Part shown: positions 31,001 through 39,824 of the stretch, in pieces | How the letters are laid out: every line of letters starts with the position of its first letter | How positions within the stretch are numbered: the stretch's first letter is position 1 | Made by a program: the position numbers and the translations under genes | Source: Candidatus Eiseniibacteriota bacterium | GTDB lineage: Bacteria; Eisenbacteria; RBG-16-71-46 | Direction of reading: 5' to 3' | Length of the DNA stretch: 64,000 bases | Assembly: GCA_963717505.1 (NCBI GenBank) | Contig: OY970342.1 | Span: 896,001 to 960,000 of the forward strand | The notes under the pieces: generated by a model | What the model saw: the letters and a program-made list of their open reading frames with translations, nothing else | Told to the model about the DNA's origin: nothing | Database searches by the model: none

Positions 31001-31417
31001 GCGGCCGAGCGCGTGCGCGGCGAGTGCCGCGCCACCGGACTCTGGTTCAGCGGGCATCCCCTCGCACTGTGGGCAGGCGCCGACGAGCGGCGCGGCGTGA
31101 CACCGGCGGCCGATCTCGAACGCCGGGCGGGCCAGCGGGTGGCGGTGGCCGGACTGCCGTGCGCGCGCCGCCAGGTCGAAACCAAGAGCGGCGGACTCAT
31201 GCTGTTCCTGACCCTCGCCGACCCGAGCGGCCTCGCCGAGTGCGTGCTGTTTCCCGACGCCTATCGCCGGTTCGCGGCGGCGCTGCGCGGCGAGATCCTG
31301 CGAGTCGAGGGTCGTGTCGACGAAACTCTCGGTGCGATTGCGATCAACGTGCAGTCGTTGCAGGCGATCGGTGACGGAACTGCAGAATTCTGGACCGAGC
31401 CGGCGAAATTTTCTTGA
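28088..31417 (+). CDS. dnaE2: Error-prone DNA polymerase III alpha subunit
   Basis: Degenerate PHP domain, GRGSGASS, FERFL, PDLDID, KMDLLG, FQLESP, YAFCKAHA, C-terminal OB fold. Linked to dinB. Confidence 0.88.
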   Translation: MTAEFTPLRVRSHGSLLYGTASPEALVARALELGYSALALADRDNLYLAIRFYRHARDHGLRPILAATVSTGGNEVLLVPLDRRGYAHLCAILTARQLDPGFDLATSIAARHTGLHVIVESPGMAATLLAAGVPAASGRDDVRVLQPGGLWLGVRGIAAERVLLGERVAAARHLKLPLVATGDVALLAATEHDAHRAAVTAAAGELLDRMPPNAFTPRDAWLASPAEWSRRVRAVTSAAGVPAAAHEALANNAALVDRCRLELDLGTPIFPRATLAPGETGHGRLARECLAGVRRRYGRHSAAARRRLSDELAMIDRLGFTDYFLLVAEIVGFARARGIPTVGRGSGASSLVAYSLGITNVDPIRHRLTFERFLNPSRRDCPDLDIDLCWKRRDEVIAHVYQQYGADRVAMISTHATLGARSAFRETAKALGVPNPRVNALAKRIPRELERPYRSRLESLPEGRHVDWSEPVLSRALALAEQLDGAPRHLSVHCGGMVIADRELTHYVPLEQAAKGVVVTQFEMRAIEAIGLVKMDLLGNRALTTIGECVDLVRAHRGVEIDVDRLPESDPITAACVAAGDTLNCFQLESPAMRHLLRMLDANTLERTVAAVAAVRPGPAEMGLKDAFCRRQRGLEPPVFLHPRLEPLLRETHGVMLYEEDVLHVSAAIAGLTLAAGDDLRRAIGAARDEAEFRALEHGFVAHALHNGVDEASARAVWRDLTRFGAYAFCKAHAAGYGALGWQSAYLKSRFPAEWAVGILNHHAGMYATWVHVEDLRRRGVVFGAPCVQRSAWETTLETSGDALRRVGSDGFRLRRSPSLRGRTQPPRAPGRRCSPAPLSPTSPEAIRPARPERIVRVGLSRVFGLADATGARIVAARAERFFRSLADFAERVRPALPELESLILAGALDTLGRTRPSLLLEARVLAAGRAIDPARSRSAEPALVLAATGGGDFLPDAVAPAEIAELPEFDAAERVRGECRATGLWFSGHPLALWAGADERRGVTPAADLERRAGQRVAVAGLPCARRQVETKSGGLMLFLTLADPSGLAECVLFPDAYRRFAAALRGEILRVEGRVDETLGAIAINVQSLQAIGDGTAEFWTEPAKFS
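30491..30652. mobile_element. 162-bp palindromic (MITE/RPE-like) element inserted in frame in dnaE2
   Basis: 37-bp terminal inverted repeats at 30491-30527 and 30616-30652 (35/37 complementary). Length is exactly 54 codons, on codon boundaries. Confidence 0.75.
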
Positions 31418-31448
31418 CGCCGGTGCCCGCGAGGAGTGCAATGGAGGT

Positions 31449-31634
31449 CGACACGCGGGCGCATCACCCGCGCGTACATGCAGCCCACGTATTACGTCGG
31501 GCTTGGCCTATCGAGGTGGGACTCGCGTCTTCGCCCGAGGCCAGATGAGATGCGAGCTGACGCCGTGTGGGGTGTTCCACCGGTCCACGGAGGGACGTCT
31601 CGGGCGGCGTTGGCGTTTGGGGCGGGAGCACCCG
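31449..31634 (+). ncRNA. Candidate structured ncRNA (family not recognised)
   Basis: Five consecutive stems with G-U pairs, including a possible pseudoknot, in a 270-bp gap between convergent genes. Weak promoter TTGACG-N17-TGCAAT upstream. Strand uncertain. Confidence 0.35.
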
Positions 31635-31686
31635 CGCATCGGTGCACGAGCCCACGGCGCGGCGTCCGCGCCGACCAGAATCCCGC

Positions 31687-32256
31687 CTACAGACCCAGCT
31701 CGACCTTGATCTCGCGCAGCGCCCCGAGCACGAACCCGATGTGCTGGTCGAGATCCACCCCCAGCTCCGCCGTGCTGGTGACGATATCGTCGCGATTCAC
31801 GTTGCGGGCGAAGTCGGTCCGCTTGAGCTTCTTCTTCACCGAGGCGACCTCGACCTGGTCGAGCGACTTGCCCGGCGTCACTAGCGCGCAGGCGACCAGA
31901 AAGCCGCACAGCTCGTCGCAGGCGAACAGGGTGCGCGCCATCGCCGTGTCGCGCGGAACGCCGCTGTAGGTCGCGTGTCCGAGCACGGCGCGACAGATGT
32001 CCTCGGGCCAGCCCAATGCGCGCAGGTGCTCGACCCCCTTCATCGGGTGGCGCTCGGCGTCCGGGTGCCTTTCCCAGTCGAAATCGTGGATCAGCCCGGT
32101 CAGGCCCCAGCGCTCCTCGTCCTCGCCGTGCTTGCGGGCGTAGGCGCGCAACGCAGCCTCGACCGCGTAGCAATGCTTGCGCAGGTTGGGATTCTCGATC
32201 CATTCGTGGAGCAGGGCGATCGCCTGCTCACGGGTCGGAAGGGCGCTCACGGTCAT
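31687..32256 (-). CDS. HDIG/HD-domain hydrolase
   Basis: NLRKHCYAVE, GLIHDFDWE, LFACDELCG, FARNVNR. True start MTVSALPTRE. Confidence 0.85.
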   Translation of the reverse strand: MTVSALPTREQAIALLHEWIENPNLRKHCYAVEAALRAYARKHGEDEERWGLTGLIHDFDWERHPDAERHPMKGVEHLRALGWPEDICRAVLGHATYSGVPRDTAMARTLFACDELCGFLVACALVTPGKSLDQVEVASVKKKLKRTDFARNVNRDDIVTSTAELGVDLDQHIGFVLGALREIKVELGL

Positions 32257-32272
32257 CGGGAAAGCCGGTCGC

Positions 32273-32509
32273 TCACTTCTCGAAGTGCTTCCGGTTCTTC
32301 TCGATGTAGGACGCCCACTTCTCGGGCACGCCGTTGTCGGGGAAGATCGCCTGCACCGGACACGCCGCTTCGCAGGCCTGGCAGTCGATGCATTCGTCGG
32401 GGTGGATGTAGTACTGGTCCTCGCCCTCGTAGATGCAGTTGACCGGACACACCTCGACGCACGACTTGTCCTTGACGCCGATGCAAGGCTCGGCAATGAC
32501 GAACGGCAT
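32273..32509 (-). CDS. fdxA: 7Fe (FdxA-type) ferredoxin
   Basis: MPFVIAEPCIGVKDKSCVEVCPVNCI..IHPDECIDCQACEAACPV. GGAGGG RBS. Confidence 0.9.
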   Translation of the reverse strand: MPFVIAEPCIGVKDKSCVEVCPVNCIYEGEDQYYIHPDECIDCQACEAACPVQAIFPDNGVPEKWASYIEKNRKHFEK

Positions 32510-32744
32510 GGGCTCCCTCCGAATGGCCGCGCCCCGGCGAGCGCGCGATCGAGGGAGTTTAGAAGCACCGCGACGCCTCGGCAACCGCCCGACTCGGTGG
32601 GACTTCCCGAAGATTGTGCTTGAGCCCCCCCCGCCCTGGATCTAGCCTGCAACTGTGGGTTCCGGTGTCTGCCTCCGATTCTCGGATCGCGAACCGCCGG
32701 CCTCCGGCCGCTCCCGGGCTCGTCGCAAACTTGTGGAGGTCGTC

Positions 32745-35402
32745 ATGCGCTCCCCGGCGCGCATCGCCCTGATCTCGATGTTCACGCTCGAGCTCGCCGG
32801 CCACTCGCCCGCCCGCGCGCAGGTCCTGCGTCCCGAGTTCTGGGTCACCGATGGCGAGGTCCAGACGATCGCGGTCGACGCGAATTCGATCTACCTGGGC
32901 GGGCTGTTCACGCGCGTCGGACCGGCGACCGGCTGCGCGGCGGCGATCCACTCGACCACCGGCGCCCCGATTGCCCCGTTCCCCGGCATCGAAGGCGCGG
33001 TGTTCACGGTCGCCAGCGACGGCAGCGGCGGTTGGTACCTGGGAGGCCGGTTCCAGACCGTGCAGGGCCAGGCGCGTGCCAACCTCGCTCGCCTGGATGC
33101 CGCGGGCAACCTGACGGCGTGGAACCCGAATCCCGACGGAGAGGTGTACGCGCTGGCGGTCGTCAACGGGACGGTTTTCGCCGGCGGCGCGTTCGGAACG
33201 ATCGGTGGCGCCACGCGCAACTACCTGGCCGCGGTCGATGCCGCGACCGGGGTCGCCACCGGGTGGGACCCGCAGGCCGGCGGCTTGATCAACGCGGTTG
33301 CCGCGAGCGACGGCGTACTCTATGTCAGCGGCGAGTTCACATTCATCGGCGGCCAGCCACGCACCTATGTCGCGGCATTGAGCATGGCGACTGCCGAGGC
33401 CACGGCCTGGAATCCCGCTCCAGATGGTTACGTCGCGACGTTGGCCGCCGGCGACGGCGTCATCTATGCGGGTGGCTACTTCGAGAGTATCGGCGGCGAG
33501 GATTTCTACTACCTCGCGGCACTCGATCCCGCGACTGGCGCCGCAACCAACTGGGACGCGGGCGCCGACGGCGACGTCTCGGCCCTGGCGGTAAGCGGGG
33601 GGCAGATCTACGCCGCCGGCAACTTCACGGTGGTCGGCGGCCAGGCCCGCTCCGGGTTGGCCGCGATCGACGCCATCACCGCTGAAGCCACCGACTGGAA
33701 TCCGTCACCGGATGGATTCGTCATCGCCATGGCCGCCGACAACGCCACGGTCTACGTGAGCGGCGACTTTTCCAATGTCGGCGGTGCGGCCCGCGGCGGG
33801 CTGGCGGCAATCGACGCCGCCACCGGTGCCGCTACCGGCTGGGACCCCGGCGTTGGCGCCGGCGTCGTGAATGCGCTGGCGATCGGCACCGGAAGAGTCT
33901 TCGTCGGCGGCGACTTCAGCATGTGCGGTGGGGTCGCGCGCAGCAATCTGGCGGCGATCGACGCGGCCACCGGACAGGCGACCAACTGGAATCCCGGTGC
34001 GGACGGCGCGGTCAACGATCTCGTTCTGGGCACCGGCACGCTCTACGTCGGCGGCTTCTTCGCGACCGTGGGCGGCGCGACTCGCTTCAATCTCGCCGAG
34101 ATCGATCTCGCGAACGGAACCGTAACCGGCTGGGCACCGCACGCGGACGGCGCGGTATTCGCGCTCGCGCTTGGCGTCGGCGTGGTGTACGCCGGCGGTG
34201 GATTCGGCGAAATCGGCGGTCAGGTCCGACCTTTCGTTGCGGCGTTGGACCCGGGCACCGGGCTGGCCACCAACTGGAATCCCAAAGCCGACGAGCTGGT
34301 CTATGAACTCGCGCTCCACGGCAGCACGGTCCTGGTGGGCGGCGAGTTCGCCTCGATCGGGGGCGAGCCGCGGCGCCACCTCGCCTCGCTCGACGCCGCC
34401 GGCGCCGCGACGCCGTGGGCCCCCGAGCCCGACAACCGGGTCTTCGCGATCCTTGCGAACGGAAGCACGGTGTTCGTCGGCGGCGATTTCACCCAAATCT
34501 CGGGTCAGCCTCGCGGCCACGTGGCCGCGCTCGACGCGACCACCGGCGACGCCGGCAGCTGGGATCCGGATGTCGATGGTTCGCTGCGCGCTCTCGCCAT
34601 GTTCGGTGGGTTCGTCTATCTCGGCGGCGGATTCCTCAACGTCGGTGGTGTGCCGCGCTTCGGCGTGGCCGCGGTCGATGCCGCGACCGGCGAGCTCAAC
34701 ACGTGGGATCCCGACCTCAACGGCGCAACTCTGGCCGTGGCGACCCGAGGATCCGCGGTTTTCCTCGGGGGGGCGTTCTCGAGCGCTGCCGCGGTCTCGC
34801 GCAGTGGGTTCGTCGCGTTCCGGGATGCCCAAACCGCGACGCTGGTGACGCAGTTCGCGGCCAGCCCTCGCGGCGACGCGATCGAATTGCGTTGGACGCT
34901 CGGCGAACCTGGACGCTTCGCGGAGATCCGGCTCGAGCGCGCCCCGGCGGTGGCCGGCCCGTGGCAGTTCGCGGCGGTCGAGCTCGCGAGCGAGGGTGAC
35001 GCGACCGTGGCGCTCGACCGCGGGGTCGAAGCGGGCAACACCTACTGGTATCGCCTGTGGGCGCGCGCTCACGACGGGCAGGTCGCGACGTTCGGACCCC
35101 TGTCAGCCACCGCCGGTGGCGGCGCGGCCGCCTTCGACCTCGGGCGCATCTCCCCCAATCCGGCCGACGGTCCGGTGCGGATCGAGTTTGCCGCGGCGGT
35201 GGCCGCGCTCATGCGCCTGAGCGTGTTCGACGTCCAGGGCCGCGAGGTGGCGGTGCTCGCCAACGGGCCGCAGCGCGCCGGCAGCCACGTGGCGACGTGG
35301 AACGGCGAGGGCTCGTCGGGACCGGTGCCCGCCGGGCTCTACTTCATCCGGCTCCAGGCGGCGAACCGGACCTGGGTGCGCAGGCTCGCGTTGGCCCGCT
35401 GA
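32745..35402 (+). CDS. Secreted tandem beta-propeller protein (about 14 repeats of ~48-50 aa) with FlgD-like C-terminal domain
   Basis: Repeat V.ALA....VY.GG.F..VGG..R..LAA.D..TG..T.W.P. CTD ISPNP..FDVQGREV..W.G..AGLYFIRL. Confidence 0.8.
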   Translation: MRSPARIALISMFTLELAGHSPARAQVLRPEFWVTDGEVQTIAVDANSIYLGGLFTRVGPATGCAAAIHSTTGAPIAPFPGIEGAVFTVASDGSGGWYLGGRFQTVQGQARANLARLDAAGNLTAWNPNPDGEVYALAVVNGTVFAGGAFGTIGGATRNYLAAVDAATGVATGWDPQAGGLINAVAASDGVLYVSGEFTFIGGQPRTYVAALSMATAEATAWNPAPDGYVATLAAGDGVIYAGGYFESIGGEDFYYLAALDPATGAATNWDAGADGDVSALAVSGGQIYAAGNFTVVGGQARSGLAAIDAITAEATDWNPSPDGFVIAMAADNATVYVSGDFSNVGGAARGGLAAIDAATGAATGWDPGVGAGVVNALAIGTGRVFVGGDFSMCGGVARSNLAAIDAATGQATNWNPGADGAVNDLVLGTGTLYVGGFFATVGGATRFNLAEIDLANGTVTGWAPHADGAVFALALGVGVVYAGGGFGEIGGQVRPFVAALDPGTGLATNWNPKADELVYELALHGSTVLVGGEFASIGGEPRRHLASLDAAGAATPWAPEPDNRVFAILANGSTVFVGGDFTQISGQPRGHVAALDATTGDAGSWDPDVDGSLRALAMFGGFVYLGGGFLNVGGVPRFGVAAVDAATGELNTWDPDLNGATLAVATRGSAVFLGGAFSSAAAVSRSGFVAFRDAQTATLVTQFAASPRGDAIELRWTLGEPGRFAEIRLERAPAVAGPWQFAAVELASEGDATVALDRGVEAGNTYWYRLWARAHDGQVATFGPLSATAGGGAAAFDLGRISPNPADGPVRIEFAAAVAALMRLSVFDVQGREVAVLANGPQRAGSHVATWNGEGSSGPVPAGLYFIRLQAANRTWVRRLALAR

Positions 35403-35528
35403 GCGGCTGCGCTTGACCGGCCCGAGTCGGTGGTCGATCATCGCCGGCTCGATCGTCGACGTCTCTCTTACCGGTGCCGCGCGACCCATCCCACGCGCGC
35501 TCGGCCGGCCCGAATTCCATGAGCTTCC

Positions 35529-36710
35529 ATGAGCGCAGACACCCCGAACCTGCACGACCTGCGGATTCAACGTGACGCTCCGGCACGCTCGGCCGGCGCC
35601 AGTCGCGGCCTCGTGCTCGCTTTGGCTGCGTTCGGGGTCCTCGTCCTGATCGCGGCCGCAGCCTTCCTCCTGGCTCCCAAGGGAATCGCCGTCCAGACCA
35701 CGATCGCGAGTCGCAGCGGCGGTGCGATCGCGGGCGGCGGCATCTCGGCGAGCGGCTACGTCGTGGCCCGTACCAAGGCCTCGGTGTCGGCCAAGATCGC
35801 GGGGCGCCTCGAGTACCTCGGCGTCTCCGAAGGCACTCTGGTCCGCAAGTCCCAGGTGATCGCCCGGATCGAGGCGGGCATCTATCGCGCCCAGGTCCAG
35901 GCGGCCAAGGCGAATGTTGCCGAGGAAGAAGCTCGGCTCGCTCAGTCGCGTCGCGACCTCGAGCGCACGCGCTCGCTGCGCGACCAGAACGTCGTGTCGC
36001 AGCTCGAATTCGAGAATGCCGAGACCGACGTGCGCGTCAATCAGGCGACACTCGAGTCCGCGATCGCCCAGCAGCGGCTGGCCGCGGAGACCCTGGAGAA
36101 CACCCTGGTCCGGGCGCCGTTCGACGGCACCGTGCTCCGCAAAGACGCCGAGGTCGGCGAGATCGTGGCGCCCGCCTCGGCCGGAGGCGGCCTGACCCGC
36201 ACCGCGATCGTCACCATGGCCGACCTCGCGACCCTCGAGGTCGAAGTCGACGTCAACGAGGCCTACATCGCGCGGGTGCGCAACGGCCAGGAGGCGCGCA
36301 TCACACTCGACGCCTACCCCGACACGTCGTTCGCCGGCCGCGTGCGCCAGGTGGTGCCGACCGCCGACCGCCAGAAGGCGACGGTCCTGGTCAAAGTGTC
36401 GATTCTCGACCGCGACCCGCGCATTCTTCCCGAAATGGGCGCCAAGGTCGTGTTCACCGATGGCGATGGTGGGGCCGCCGTGGTTCCGGTGCGGATCACC
36501 GTGCCTTCGGCGGCGGTGGTGCGCGACGGCGACGCGGCTCGCGTGTGGGTGGTCGAGAACGCGCGAGTCGCCGCGCGTAGCATCGAGCTGGGACGAGAAA
36601 CCAACAACAACGTCGAGGTGCGGTCCGGGTTGAACGGCGGCGAGGTCGTGGTGGTCGAGCCACCCGCGGGGCTCGCCGAAGGCACGCGAGTGCGAGTGAG
36701 TCCGTCGTAA
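35529..36710 (+). CDS. Efflux periplasmic adaptor (MFP, MacA-like)
   Basis: TM anchor, ASGYVVA, coiled coil, [22 protein letters not shown]. Confidence 0.9.
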   Translation: MSADTPNLHDLRIQRDAPARSAGASRGLVLALAAFGVLVLIAAAAFLLAPKGIAVQTTIASRSGGAIAGGGISASGYVVARTKASVSAKIAGRLEYLGVSEGTLVRKSQVIARIEAGIYRAQVQAAKANVAEEEARLAQSRRDLERTRSLRDQNVVSQLEFENAETDVRVNQATLESAIAQQRLAAETLENTLVRAPFDGTVLRKDAEVGEIVAPASAGGGLTRTAIVTMADLATLEVEVDVNEAYIARVRNGQEARITLDAYPDTSFAGRVRQVVPTADRQKATVLVKVSILDRDPRILPEMGAKVVFTDGDGGAAVVPVRITVPSAAVVRDGDAARVWVVENARVAARSIELGRETNNNVEVRSGLNGGEVVVVEPPAGLAEGTRVRVSPS

Positions 36711-36756
36711 CGTTCGCGCGCGTCGCCGCTGGCAGCCCGCGCGAAGAGGAGAATCG

Positions 36757-37428
36757 ATGGCATCGATCGAAGTCCGAAACGTGAAGAAGGTCTATCGACG
36801 GAACACCCAGGAAGTCCCGGTGCTCAATGGCCTGTCGATCCAGATTGCCGAGGGCGACTACGTCGCGCTGATGGGCCCGTCGGGCAGCGGCAAGACCACG
36901 TTGCTCAACCTGATCGGCGGAATCGACAGCCCGACCTCGGGCGACGTGATCGTCGGCGGCACCGACATCGCGAAGCTCAAGGGCCGCGGCCTGGCGAAAT
37001 GGCGGTCGCATCACATCGGATTCATCTTCCAGCTCTACAACCTGATCCCGGTGCTCAATGCCTTGCAGAACGTGGAACTTCCGCTCACGCTCCACAAGAT
37101 GAGTGGCAAGGAGCGCAAGCGGCGGGCGACTACCGCGCTTCAGCTGGTGGGACTCGGCGATCGACTCACCCACTTCCCACGGCAGCTCTCGGGCGGCCAG
37201 GAGCAGCGGGTCGCGATCGCCCGCGCGCTGGTCAGCGACCCTGCGGTCCTGCTCGCGGACGAGCCGACCGGTGACCTGGATCGCGAGTCGGGCGACGACG
37301 TCTTGAGGCTGCTCGAGCGGTTGAACCAGGAATTCAAGAAGACCATCGTCATGGTCACCCATGACCCGCACGCCGCCGAGCGCGCGAAGCGGGTGGTGCA
37401 TCTCGACAAGGGCGTCCTGTCGGCGTAG
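36757..37428 (+). CDS. ABC ATP-binding protein (LolD/MacB-type)
   Basis: [37 protein letters not shown]. Confidence 0.93.
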   Translation: MASIEVRNVKKVYRRNTQEVPVLNGLSIQIAEGDYVALMGPSGSGKTTLLNLIGGIDSPTSGDVIVGGTDIAKLKGRGLAKWRSHHIGFIFQLYNLIPVLNALQNVELPLTLHKMSGKERKRRATTALQLVGLGDRLTHFPRQLSGGQEQRVAIARALVSDPAVLLADEPTGDLDRESGDDVLRLLERLNQEFKKTIVMVTHDPHAAERAKRVVHLDKGVLSA

Positions 37429-37439
37429 GCGGAGGCAAC

Positions 37440-38633
37440 ATGAACTTCCTGAGCCTCGTGCTCGTCAATCTCGGCCGCAACAAGCGTCGGACCACGCTCA
37501 CCATCCTGAGCGTCATGATCGCGCTGTTCCTGTTCTGCACGCTGCGCGGCGTGCTCGACACGCTCGAGGCGTCGATTCGGGTCGGCAGCGAAGCCCGGTT
37601 GGTGACGCGCAACAAGATCTCGTTGATCTTTCCGCTGCCCAAGTCGTACGTCGAGCGCATTCGCGCCGTCCAGGGCGTCGGCCGCGTGACCTGGGGCAAC
37701 TGGTTCGGCGGTACCGACCCGCTCGACCCCGGCAACTTCTACGCGCGGTTCGGCGTCGATGCCCCGACCTACATGCCGATGTACGCGCGTGACATCGAGA
37801 TCATCGACCAAAGCGCTCCGCAAGGAACCGGCGCGGTTCCGGCCGACGTCGACCCCAAGCTCGCCGCGTTCATGGAGGAGCGCACGGCGTGCGTCGTCGG
37901 CCAGTCGCTGTACAAGCGCATGGGCTGGAAGATGGGGCAGCAGATCAGCGCGATCGGCACGATCTTCCCCGGCGACTGGACCTGGACGATCCGCGCCGTC
38001 TACCACGCCAAGGATCCGGCGTTCGGCGAAGAAGCGATCATCTTCCACTGGGACTATCTGAACGAACGGGCGATGGGCGGGCAGGGTCCGGTGGGCTGGT
38101 ACACGCTCGAGCTGACCCAGCCGGAGCGCGCCGGCGAGATCTCGAAGCAGGTCGACGGGCTGTTCGAGAACTCCTCGGCGCAGACGCGCACCGAGACCGA
38201 GCGCGCGTTCCAGGCCGGCTTCGTCAGCATGTACGGCAACGTCCCGTTCCTGATCGGAGTGATCGGACTGGCAGTGGTGTTCGCCATCCTGCTGGTCGCG
38301 GCCAACACCATGATGATGGCCAGCCGAGAGCGCACCAACGAATTCGCGGTCATGAAGACGCTCGGCTTCGAGGATGGCGCGCTGTTCCGACTCGTGCTCG
38401 CCGAGGCCGCGGTCATCACGCTGGGCGGCGGCATCGCCGGGGCGATGCTGGCCAAGTTCGTGCTCGAGAAATCCGGCTTCAACGCCGGCGGCATGCTGCC
38501 GCCCATGACCGTGAGCTGGACCACGGTGATCATCGGCATCGGCATCGCCGTGCTCATGGGACTGACCAGCGGCTTCGTCCCGGCCTGGCAGGCCTCGAAG
38601 CTGCGCATCGTCGACGCGTTGCGGCGCGTGTGA
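37440..38633 (+). CDS. ABC permease (MacB/FtsX-type)
   Basis: NLGRNKRRT, large periplasmic loop, ERTNEFAVMKTLGF. Confidence 0.9.
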   Translation: MNFLSLVLVNLGRNKRRTTLTILSVMIALFLFCTLRGVLDTLEASIRVGSEARLVTRNKISLIFPLPKSYVERIRAVQGVGRVTWGNWFGGTDPLDPGNFYARFGVDAPTYMPMYARDIEIIDQSAPQGTGAVPADVDPKLAAFMEERTACVVGQSLYKRMGWKMGQQISAIGTIFPGDWTWTIRAVYHAKDPAFGEEAIIFHWDYLNERAMGGQGPVGWYTLELTQPERAGEISKQVDGLFENSSAQTRTETERAFQAGFVSMYGNVPFLIGVIGLAVVFAILLVAANTMMMASRERTNEFAVMKTLGFEDGALFRLVLAEAAVITLGGGIAGAMLAKFVLEKSGFNAGGMLPPMTVSWTTVIIGIGIAVLMGLTSGFVPAWQASKLRIVDALRRV

Positions 38634-38647
38634 ACTAGGGAGCGACC

Positions 38648-39814
38648 ATGGCCATTCCGATCGCCTACAACTTCCGCAACGTCCTGCGCCGCCCGGCGAA
38701 TACCATCACGACCGCGATCGGCATCGGACTGGTGGTCGCCATCCTGATCGGCGCGTTCGCGCTGGCCGCCGGCTTCCAGGCGGCGCTGGTCGAGAGCGGC
38801 TCGCCGCAAAACGTGATCGTCATGCGCACGGGCGCCGACAGCGAGATCTCCAGCGGCGTCTCGCTGGAGGGCGCCAGCATCGTGCGCGCCCTGCCGGCGA
38901 TCGCGACCGCCCCCGATGGACGCCCGTTGGTCAGCGCCGAGCTGCTGGTGCTCACCAACCTCGAGCGCCTTGGGCAATCCGGTTCGTCGAACGTCCCGAT
39001 TCGTGGCATCCAGGTCGACGGCCTGCCGCTGCGCGACCGGCTCGAGATCACCGCCGGACGTGCGTTCACGCCCGGGACCGACGAAGTGATCGTCGGCGAG
39101 CGGATCTCGCGGCGGTTCAAGAACTGCAGGATCGGGGACCAGATCCGCTTCGGCCAGCGCGCGTTCAACGTGGTCGGCCTGTTCCGCTGCGGCGGCTCGT
39201 CGTTCGAGTCCGAGATCTGGGGAGATCAGGCGGTGCTCGGGCCGGCACTCGGCCGCCAGGGATTCCAGAGCGTGACCTTCCGCATGCGCGATACGTCCCA
39301 GTTCCGCGCGATCGAGTCCCAGCTCGAGGACGATCCGCGGCTCGGCGTCCAGGTCCGCACCGAGCGCGCCTTCTATTCGAGTCAGTCGATGTTGCTCGCC
39401 AACGTGATGCGCATCGCCGGTGTGTTCATCACCCTGATCATGGCGGTCGGCGCGATCTTCGGGGCGGTCAATACGATGTACGCCGCGGTCGGCGCGCGCA
39501 CGCGCGAGATCGCCGTCCTGCTCACGCTCGGCTTCTCGCCGTTCGCGGTCCTGACCTCGTTCATGACCGAGTCGGTGATCCTGGCGCTGATTGGCGGCCT
39601 TCTCGGCTGCCTGCTGGCGCTGCCGATCAACGGCATCGTCACCAGCACCACGAACTGGGCGTCGTTCAGCGAGGTGGCGTTCGCGTTCCGTGTGACGCCG
39701 TTCGCCATGGTCTTCGGGCTGGTGTTCGCGGCCGCCATGGGGACGATCGGCGGCTTCCTGCCCGCGCTCAAGGCCGCGCGGCAGTCGCTGGCGTCGAGTC
39801 TGCGCGAGCTCTAG
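38648..39814 (+). CDS. ABC permease (MacB/FtsX-type)
   Basis: RNVLRRP, GRAFTPG..EVIVG, RTREIAVLLTLGF. Confidence 0.9.
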   Translation: MAIPIAYNFRNVLRRPANTITTAIGIGLVVAILIGAFALAAGFQAALVESGSPQNVIVMRTGADSEISSGVSLEGASIVRALPAIATAPDGRPLVSAELLVLTNLERLGQSGSSNVPIRGIQVDGLPLRDRLEITAGRAFTPGTDEVIVGERISRRFKNCRIGDQIRFGQRAFNVVGLFRCGGSSFESEIWGDQAVLGPALGRQGFQSVTFRMRDTSQFRAIESQLEDDPRLGVQVRTERAFYSSQSMLLANVMRIAGVFITLIMAVGAIFGAVNTMYAAVGARTREIAVLLTLGFSPFAVLTSFMTESVILALIGGLLGCLLALPINGIVTSTTNWASFSEVAFAFRVTPFAMVFGLVFAAAMGTIGGFLPALKAARQSLASSLREL

Positions 39815-39824
39815 ACCCCGAGAC

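Noticed and set aside
28951-31374. 807-aa alternative-frame ORF and the 659-aa antisense ORF over dnaE2
   Set aside because: Arg/Ala/Pro-rich off-frame translations of a well-supported gene.
31417-31687. Assignment as tmRNA, 6S, SRP, RNase P or a cobalamin/lysine/c-di-AMP riboswitch, or as the 177-aa ORF 31436..31969
   Set aside because: Hallmark motifs of these RNAs were not found by eye, and the ORF runs antisense into the HD gene. Kept only as an unassigned ncRNA candidate.
32850-34830. Periodic ~147-bp sequence resembling an array
   Set aside because: Degenerate protein-coding propeller repeats, not a CRISPR array. There are no identical repeats with unique spacers and no cas genes.
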